Assembly (NCBI GenBank): GCA_021791245.1 | Contig: JAJYWY010000003.1 | Coordinates: forward strand, 1-62,446 | Direction of reading: 5' to 3' | DNA from: Candidatus Micrarchaeota archaeon | Lineage (GTDB): Archaea > Micrarchaeota > Micrarchaeia > Micrarchaeales > CABMGC01 | DNA length: 62,446 nucleotides | Shown here: one piece after another, positions 44,768 through 50,995 of the stretch | Layout: every line of letters starts with the position of its first letter | Numbering within the stretch: position 1 is the first letter of the stretch | Program-made: the position numbers and the translations under genes | The notes under the pieces: model-generated | Told to the model about the DNA's origin: nothing | What the model saw: the letters and a program-made list of their open reading frames with translations, nothing else | Database searches by the model: none

Positions 44768-44783
44768 ACACAACATATAGTGG
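44768..44783. promoter_or_regulatory. candidate NrdR box
   Basis: ACACAACATATAGTGG matches 14 of 16 positions of the bacterial NrdR-box consensus acaCwAtATaTwGtgt. It lies 5 nt upstream of the nrdR ATG. I did not find a convincing second box. Confidence 0.4.
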
Positions 44784-44869
44784 ATAAGCGTGGTCGCTTA
44801 AACAACACGTAGTATAATTATGGTATGGTTATAAAAACCCGAAAACATTGGATTTGATATTTAAGTATA

Positions 44870-45577
44870 TCAATCTTTATCAAGGAACTCAGGCATGTGC
44901 CTCTGCCTTATATCTGAAACCGTCTGCCATCTTTCCCTGAGGAACTGCTTCAGCGCGTTGCTTCCCAGATTCCTTCTTATGTACTCTACAGTCTGCTCGT
45001 CTGACGGATATCCTGATCCGAAATCATCCCCGATAACTTCTTTTATCCTGTCAACTTCCCTTTCCCTTGTCACTTTTGCTATAACGCTTGCAGCTGATGC
45101 CACAGGATACTTTGAATCCGCCTTGTGTTCTGAGATTATCTTTATGGCACCCGCAGGAGCCTTCTTGCGCTTCCCTTCCATCACCGAAAGCTGCTTACTT
45201 GAGATTATGCTTATTCTGCTCCCGAACTTCGACTGCACCACGTCAGGGGAATCAACGTATATCTTCTTTACATCGCAGGCAAGCTCGTCTATCAGCCGTG
45301 CAAAGTGCACCGCCTCAAGCTCGTTAAGGGAGACGCCGCCCATCATGGCGTTGTTGATCTCTGTTGCGCTTATTTTGTATACCTTGACCTCTTCGGCTAG
45401 GGACATTATCTCATCATAGAAATAGAACATCTTCTTCCTTGACAATAGTTTGGAGTCCCTTACCCCTATCTCAGAGAGCTTGCGTTCCCGGTTTTCCTTA
45501 ATTGCGACTACGCTGACAACGAGTGGCCCAATGACTGCACCACGACCAGCCTCGTCACAGCCAGCGATGATAATCAG
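44870..45577 (-). CDS. rnhB: ribonuclease HII; start codon uncertain (non-canonical)
   Basis: The ORF-track start (TTG 45445) removes the catalytic N-terminus. The same frame is open upstream and reads ..GVLIIIAGCDEAGRGAVIGPLVVSVVAIKENRERKLSEIGVRDSKLLS (DEAGRG and DSK motifs). The C-terminal part has HKADSKYPVASAASVIAKV and DFGSGYPSD. The extension goes to CTG 45577; ATT 45574 is an alternative. Confidence 0.85.
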   Translation of the reverse strand: MIIIAGCDEAGRGAVIGPLVVSVVAIKENRERKLSEIGVRDSKLLSRKKMFYFYDEIMSLAEEVKVYKISATEINNAMMGGVSLNELEAVHFARLIDELACDVKKIYVDSPDVVQSKFGSRISIISSKQLSVMEGKRKKAPAGAIKIISEHKADSKYPVASAASVIAKVTREREVDRIKEVIGDDFGSGYPSDEQTVEYIRRNLGSNALKQFLRERWQTVSDIRQRHMPEFLDKD

Positions 45578-45584
45578 AACACCA

Positions 45585-45848
45585 TCATGCCAGGGATTTC
45601 CTATCTGCTATTATAAAGTCATTAACCGCCAATATTGCATTGTACGGTATCTGAAGCATGCCGTCTTTCAGGTCAAGCTTGCTTACAAGCCCGCTATCCC
45701 CGCTTGGCTCTACGAGAACTCTATCTATCTTTCCTGTCATCTCGTTTATCTCAGCATCAACGAACTTTCCAAGATAGAATCCATCGCTTGTTATGACTTC
45801 CTTCCCTAGCAGCTGCTCCGCAACTATATATTTTACCATTTTTCGCAC
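45585..45848 (-). CDS. PRC-barrel domain protein
   Basis: LLGKEVITSDGFYLGKFVDAEINEMTGKIDRVLVEP is the PRC barrel pattern. ATG 45839 is an alternative start. Confidence 0.65.
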   Translation of the reverse strand: MRKMVKYIVAEQLLGKEVITSDGFYLGKFVDAEINEMTGKIDRVLVEPSGDSGLVSKLDLKDGMLQIPYNAILAVNDFIIADRKSLA

Positions 45849-45986
45849 CTTCGCTCTACATGTAGCGATATCTACTACATATAATCATAAATAAATATCT
45901 TTCGCAGAGATGGTGAGGAATAGGGAATTGGCCTTTATATACCAGCTGCCGCAAACACCAGCCATTCGCCGTATAAGTCAGACCGC

Positions 45987-46066
45987 TTTGTCGGAATAAT
46001 CAAAAACTGTCGTATTTATGACTTTTGGGTCTAAGTTTGTCGGAATAATGCCTTTAAACCGACAAA
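45987..46066. promoter_or_regulatory. direct + inverted repeat cluster upstream of the T4SS-like operon (operator-like)
   Basis: TTTGTCGGAATAAT occurs at 45987-46000 and again at 46036-46049. Its inverted partner CCGACAAA lies at 46059-46066, giving an 8-bp stem with 46036-46043 and a 15-nt loop. The two direct copies fall in different reading frames of the local mini-ORFs, so conservation is at the DNA/RNA level. Confidence 0.55.
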
Positions 46067-46112
46067 GCCGCCTTTTAGTTTATGTATCGAAATATTTAAA
46101 TATTTAATAGGG

Positions 46113-46125
46113 TATAAATTATATA
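46113..46125 (+). promoter_or_regulatory. TATA-box-like element for the 46147 operon
   Basis: tataaattatata lies 22-34 nt upstream of ATG 46147. This is the spacing seen for other leaderless-looking genes in the window. Confidence 0.4.
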
Positions 46126-46146
46126 CTTTAGTAAATAAGTGAGACT

Positions 46147-46533
46147 ATGAGTATATATAAAAACCTGCAAAAATCCGGATTTGCATTGCCTGTAGCCTTT
46201 ATGCTGCTTCCGGTTATGACGAACGGTCTTTTTGGCATGCTATTCGCACATAGCAATTACTTCTTGTTTAACAGCCTTGTAGATTCCTTAAGCAGCATTC
46301 AGACGCTGCTATCCCAAATAGGCCCAATAATCAGCGGAGTGCTATTCATAGTTGCGGGCATAATGTATTCAATAGGCCAGCTTTTAACTCCGGAGAAGAA
46401 AGCGCAATTCCATACCACTTCAATAAACATAATAATAGGCGCCATAATAGTCGCTGTGCTTTCCGTGACTTCGAATTCGTTTGCATTCGCTTCCGCACAT
46501 CTACTCTCAAACCTGACTATAAACGCAACTTAA
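46147..46533 (+). CDS. small membrane protein, VirB2/TrbC-like (CedA1/TedC-like) candidate pilin
   Basis: 128 aa. There is an N-terminal signal-like TM (FALPVAFMLLPVMTNGLFGMLFA). Two hydrophobic helices follow (IGPIISGVLFIVAGIMYSIGQLL and INIIIGAIIVAVLSVTS), joined by a short basic loop (TPEKKAQ). This is the helix-loop-helix layout of conjugative pilins. Confidence 0.5.
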   Translation: MSIYKNLQKSGFALPVAFMLLPVMTNGLFGMLFAHSNYFLFNSLVDSLSSIQTLLSQIGPIISGVLFIVAGIMYSIGQLLTPEKKAQFHTTSINIIIGAIIVAVLSVTSNSFAFASAHLLSNLTINAT

Positions 46534-46544
46534 TAGGTAGCACT

Positions 46545-47594
46545 ATGGAAGTTATGCCTTTCGGAAAATATGGGTTTGGTATAGGTATTACCGTAATAAG
46601 CATAATGCTTCTCATAGGCGGCATAATACTTGGGGTTGGATACGCGCTTGACGATAAGAAGTTCAAGGATTTTGGGAAACAGGAAATATATCAGAGTATC
46701 GTCAATGGGGTTATTCTTGGTTCGCTGATCTTATTGTTCCTTCCGAACGGCATCATATCCGATATTGTAAATTATGCGGTATCCTCAAATAACGCCTCGT
46801 ATTCATGTCCTGGGTTTATGGCACAGAATTCCGGGATCTGCTTCGCATACAACTATCTCGTTGGTACGGCGCAGTATAAGTTCAACAGCATAAGCTATCC
46901 ATCGCTTTCTGAGATTACGGGTTCCATGCTCGCAAGTTTTTCTGCGCTTGCAATCTTTCTAGGCATCATATCCGGCACAACGATAAACCTGATTGTTGTA
47001 TCGTTTTCTCCAAGCAGCATGATAATGCCTTTTCTTCATCAGGTGCAATACATAATCGAGATACTTTCAGCCTCGCTCATAGGCATATATGTGCAGGCTT
47101 CAATACTTTCCTTTGTGGCAATAACTGCAATATCAGTGCTTCTGCCATTGGGCATAATTCTAAGAACGTTTTTCCCGACTAGGAAGCTTGGAGGTTTCAT
47201 AATGGCAGTTGCGATAGCCCTTTACGTGGTCTTCCCGCTGTCTTATCTTATTGACGCGACTCTAATGCAATCCTATTATTCCCAATATAGCCAGAATTCA
47301 TTCCAGCAAATAGAAGTTCAGGCTCAATCCCTGAATTCCCAATATCTGGGTTCAATTCCGTCAAGCGTTAATTCCACATCATTCAATGTAGCAGACATCT
47401 CTGGAGCAGCTTCGTCATTGTTGAATTCCCTGGCCAATATTATGCAATCGCTGCTCTTCCTCCTCTCTGGGCTTATAGTGCAGATATTCATACTTCCGGT
47501 ATTCAGCATAGTTCTAACAGGGATATCAATAAAGGAACTTTCAGGGATACTCGGAGCTGAGGCATCTTTCGGCAAGCTCAGAATCTTCACGTGA
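46545..47594 (+). CDS. polytopic membrane protein, VirB6/TrbL-like (CedA-like) candidate
   Basis: 349 aa with about 6-7 TM segments, a Cys-containing extracellular loop and a Ser/Gln-rich loop. The assignment rests on position after the VirB2-like gene and on topology only. Confidence 0.4.
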   Translation: MEVMPFGKYGFGIGITVISIMLLIGGIILGVGYALDDKKFKDFGKQEIYQSIVNGVILGSLILLFLPNGIISDIVNYAVSSNNASYSCPGFMAQNSGICFAYNYLVGTAQYKFNSISYPSLSEITGSMLASFSALAIFLGIISGTTINLIVVSFSPSSMIMPFLHQVQYIIEILSASLIGIYVQASILSFVAITAISVLLPLGIILRTFFPTRKLGGFIMAVAIALYVVFPLSYLIDATLMQSYYSQYSQNSFQQIEVQAQSLNSQYLGSIPSSVNSTSFNVADISGAASSLLNSLANIMQSLLFLLSGLIVQIFILPVFSIVLTGISIKELSGILGAEASFGKLRIFT

Positions 47595-47598
47595 TCGG

Positions 47599-48324
47599 AT
47601 GGAAGGGTATAATCATTATAAGTTGACCAATTACGCCTATTCGTATGCAGTGTATGCTGGCTTTGCCCTACTCATTATTCTCTCGGCAGTATATTCAAGC
47701 ATCCTGCTTTTGGCGCTTTCCGCGTTTTTATTATTTGCGTCTGTGTTTGTGCTTAGATACGGGCATATATTCAATTCTTTCCTTACAAACAAAATGAAGA
47801 TATTAGAGGTCTCTTCTGGATATTCGCTTGGAAAAAGGGGATTTTCTGCGGTAAAGAAGATAGGAACTTCGTATTATGGAATATCCATAGCGTCATTGAA
47901 AGTTACTACTGGAGTAAACGCAGGGAGCAGAATAATAACGGAGGCCATAGAAAAGATACGGATACAGTTTGAATTCAGTGTAAGGCTGGAGAGAATAGAC
48001 CTAAAGAAGCTTCTCAATGGCTTAGAGACGAGAAGGAGGATAAAGGAGATAGAGCTTTCAAAAATCGGGGCAAAAGACTATGACAAGGCGAACAGGCTAA
48101 AGCGCGAGATAGGCATTGTAGAGAGCGAGATACAAAGCATAACATGCGGAAATACGCCCATGTCGGCCATGCTGCTGCTGAAATGCGCATCCGTATGCAA
48201 AAGCAGCGAAGAGGCGCAAATGCTGCCTTACAAAAACCTGCAGGAGCTTTGCACGCTTTTCGCTTCTTCATTCAACTTCGACTACATTATATTGAAAGGG
48301 GAGGATTTGCTTGAATTACTATGA
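47599..48324 (+). CDS. 2-TM (VirB3-like) + VirB4 N-terminal-domain-like protein
   Basis: The N-terminal hairpin is YAVYAGFALLIILSAVYSSILLLALSAFLLFASVFVL. A soluble domain follows (GTSYYGISIASLKVT...FEFSVRLERIDLKKLLNGLETRRRIKE...MSAMLLLKCASVCKSSEEAQ) that resembles the VirB4/TrbE N-terminal domain layout. Confidence 0.45.
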   Translation: MEGYNHYKLTNYAYSYAVYAGFALLIILSAVYSSILLLALSAFLLFASVFVLRYGHIFNSFLTNKMKILEVSSGYSLGKRGFSAVKKIGTSYYGISIASLKVTTGVNAGSRIITEAIEKIRIQFEFSVRLERIDLKKLLNGLETRRRIKEIELSKIGAKDYDKANRLKREIGIVESEIQSITCGNTPMSAMLLLKCASVCKSSEEAQMLPYKNLQELCTLFASSFNFDYIILKGEDLLELL

Positions 48325-49393
48325 GATGTGGAATAGAATAAACTCTAATGAAGCTTCTAGCCTTCTGGAGATATATGCGCCTGATGACTTGCAGGAAAGC
48401 ATATACACAAGCGAAAACGGAATATATGCCGGAAAGTCTATGCGGCAGTATATACCGGTTTTCATGGACCAGAGTGCAACAATAAATCCGCATATGTTCA
48501 TAGCAGGGATAACTGGAAGCGGAAAGAGCTTTGCCTTAAGAAACATAATAACAAGAATGTCCGCAGTTCTTGGCTATGGCGCTATAATAATAGACTTGAC
48601 TGGCGAATTCAAGGGCATGGCTGAGGACGCCGGAAATATAGATGTTTCCAGGAGCACTTCGTATTTCGGATTATTCAAGATCAGGGACGAGGAGAAGAGA
48701 ATACTGCGTGCGGAAGAGATTCTATGCGAGGTAATAAGGCAGATGAGAATGCTTGAGCCTGATTCCAATATAAAGTCTTTTGTAATTTTTGACGAGGCTT
48801 GGAAAATACTTGGAAAGAACAAGCAATTTGAGACGCTGATCAGAGAAGGCAGGAAGTACGGGATAGGAGTGATAATATCGTCGCAGAGCCTGCTCGACTT
48901 AGATCGCGAGATGCTGGAGAACATAGGCAGCCTCCTTATCTTCAAACTGACGGATGATGTATCTCTATCATTGCTGGCCAGCAGTTATGGCTTAAGCAGA
49001 GTGCAGATTGACAACTTGAAAAATCTTGAGGTTGGGAGATGCATGCTCCTAAGGTCATATAAGTCTAGGAGGAAATCGTGCGTCTTCATAAGCAGGTTTG
49101 AACAGGTGAATGCAAAAGAGGTTTTAAGGATAATTTTGAGGGATCGCATGGACATGGAAATAGAAGAAGAGAAATTCCTGGGGTTCTTGAAATCCCTTGG
49201 CATAGCAAGAGATAGGATGGAAAAGATAAATGAAATCGTTGAGAACAGGCCTATTGCCCTAGACGTGCTTGTATCCGAACTGATTCTGGTTGATGTTGAC
49301 AAGAGAAAGGTACTCTATGGATTAAGGTCGCTCGGAATGGCAGACGATGATATAGCAGACACATTCGCTATTGCTGCAGGCAGATTGCTATGA
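48311..49393 (+). CDS. VirB4/TrbE/CedB-like P-loop ATPase (C-terminal motor domain)
   Basis: Walker A is FIAGITGSGKSFALRNII. It contains GAIIIDLTGEF, Walker B FVIFDEAWKILG (the DEAW typical of VirB4) and REGRKYGIGVIISSQSLLDLD. The TTG start is preceded by GGGGAGGA (48297-48304). Confidence 0.7.
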   Translation: MNYYEMWNRINSNEASSLLEIYAPDDLQESIYTSENGIYAGKSMRQYIPVFMDQSATINPHMFIAGITGSGKSFALRNIITRMSAVLGYGAIIIDLTGEFKGMAEDAGNIDVSRSTSYFGLFKIRDEEKRILRAEEILCEVIRQMRMLEPDSNIKSFVIFDEAWKILGKNKQFETLIREGRKYGIGVIISSQSLLDLDREMLENIGSLLIFKLTDDVSLSLLASSYGLSRVQIDNLKNLEVGRCMLLRSYKSRRKSCVFISRFEQVNAKEVLRIILRDRMDMEIEEEKFLGFLKSLGIARDRMEKINEIVENRPIALDVLVSELILVDVDKRKVLYGLRSLGMADDDIADTFAIAAGRLL

Positions 49394-50067
49394 AACAAAA
49401 GACAATGCAAAAATATTTGATAATGAGAATGCCTCTGCAATGTAAGCTGCTTGTGCCGCTTTCAATAGTAAAGAAAAGGCTTTCCAATTACCCTAATATG
49501 GAATTGATTAGAGAAGGGACTAGCCTCACGTATTCATTTTTGGAAAATAATGACAATGCCGAATTTTGCATTATTCTGTCAAAGAACTCGATAATCATGA
49601 ATATACGCGCCAATATTACTCCTGTCCGTTATGAGAAGGACGCTGTTTTAAGGCTTGTAAGCATTGTCATGATACTCGACGGTTTTTACCATATAGAAGC
49701 CAGAAATATGCTTCCTTATATGGTTTCTACGCTTGCCAGGCACAATGTAGAATATTACGCTGAAAAGGCGCGAAGGATGCAATTAGATGAAGAAACGAGT
49801 ATTAAAGGAACCGAGATCATACTATCCAAGAGGATACTGGGGTTAATGTCTGAAATTTCCTCGAAAACTGAAATGCTTTCACATTCAAATAAGAAATTCG
49901 ATGATTTGGTAGAGAAAATAGTCGATATTGAATGCAGTTATGGGCCATTTTCAATCGAAGAAATATGCTTGAAGTATGGATTAAGCGCAAATGACGTAAA
50001 GGCGCACACCGAGGCAAAAACTAATTGCGGCGCATCGCGGCAAGGCAAGCCCTTTCTCCAAAGGTGA
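49390..50067 (+). CDS. hypothetical soluble protein (operon member)
   Basis: 225-aa ORF. The ATGA start/stop overlap with the upstream ATPase gene indicates translational coupling. Confidence 0.5.
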   Translation: MKQKTMQKYLIMRMPLQCKLLVPLSIVKKRLSNYPNMELIREGTSLTYSFLENNDNAEFCIILSKNSIIMNIRANITPVRYEKDAVLRLVSIVMILDGFYHIEARNMLPYMVSTLARHNVEYYAEKARRMQLDEETSIKGTEIILSKRILGLMSEISSKTEMLSHSNKKFDDLVEKIVDIECSYGPFSIEEICLKYGLSANDVKAHTEAKTNCGASRQGKPFLQR

Positions 50068-50071
50068 AAAA

Positions 50072-50530
50072 ATGAGTTCGCAGGTTCTTGATTATGCATA
50101 TAGCTTCATACCCATAGCCGCAGGAATTGCATTAATGTACATTCTTGGCAGATTCAATCCATTAAAGAAGCATGTGCAGCTTGTCTGCAATAATGATTGG
50201 CATGGAGCGCATATTAAAGATTGTACAGACCAAAATCCCAAACCAGACATGCGGCTTTCGGTTACCCGGGATTTATTGATATGCAATGGCATAAAATGCA
50301 TTGGCAATGAGGCACAGCAGAAAAGGGAGGGATTTGAGCGCTTGGGAATATGCACTCCGTCAGAGTTCACGTCGATGATAGGCAGGTGCAGCCCAGATTT
50401 TGAATATCTCAGGCCGTTGATGTACAAGGACACGATGTTTGACGGCCTTCTGTACAGGTTCTGCAGTGAATCTGGGACAGTTCTGCTCTTTCTAGCACAG
50501 TATAAGCTAGATCCCGTGGTGATCGGGTGA
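50072..50530 (+). CDS. N-terminally anchored Cys-rich protein (operon member)
   Basis: The TM segment is YSFIPIAAGIALMYILG, and there are 9 Cys in the ectodomain. GGTGA SD-like motif lies 5 nt upstream. Confidence 0.5.
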   Translation: MSSQVLDYAYSFIPIAAGIALMYILGRFNPLKKHVQLVCNNDWHGAHIKDCTDQNPKPDMRLSVTRDLLICNGIKCIGNEAQQKREGFERLGICTPSEFTSMIGRCSPDFEYLRPLMYKDTMFDGLLYRFCSESGTVLLFLAQYKLDPVVIG

Positions 50531-50736
50531 ACTTTATATCGATGTTTGCATTTGAAGTTGCTGTTATTAGCTCCGCGTACACGAGTACAGGATTTTCGCT
50601 ATTGATAATCGGCAGGCTGAGGTCAAAAGGCGATGGCAATAAACGGATAGGCGCAGCTGTAAGAATAGGTGCATTGCTTTTTTTCTCGTCCGCGCTCTTT
50701 TACTCGTGGTTGAATGCAAATCCAAGAATTCTATAA
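50527..50736 (+). CDS. small 2-TM membrane protein (operon member)
   Basis: 69 aa. The GTG start overlaps the previous stop (GTGA) and is preceded by GGTGATC. Confidence 0.45.
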   Translation: MNFISMFAFEVAVISSAYTSTGFSLLIIGRLRSKGDGNKRIGAAVRIGALLFFSSALFYSWLNANPRIL

Positions 50737-50995
50737 ATTTAATAGGTGTTTTTCCGTGTCGGGCGTGAACACAATAGCTTCGCTTTCGGTCTCAAGCGCG
50801 CTGGCCAACGCGTTCCTGCTTATAACAGGAAATGCATTGCTGGGCATTGCGATCTTATTGGCATCGCTTACACTGCTTATTTATCTTTCAAAAATGACAA
50901 ACGCATCGATGATAAATACTTCGGATAGCGTTGCGTACCTGTCCATGGCGAATCTTTTGTTCTCTATGGTATCGATCTTGTGGTGGTTAAGATGA
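50714..50995 (+). CDS. small 3-TM membrane protein (operon member)
   Basis: 93-aa ORF. The true start may be GTG 50756 (VSGVNTIASL...). Confidence 0.45.
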   Translation: MQIQEFYKFNRCFSVSGVNTIASLSVSSALANAFLLITGNALLGIAILLASLTLLIYLSKMTNASMINTSDSVAYLSMANLLFSMVSILWWLR

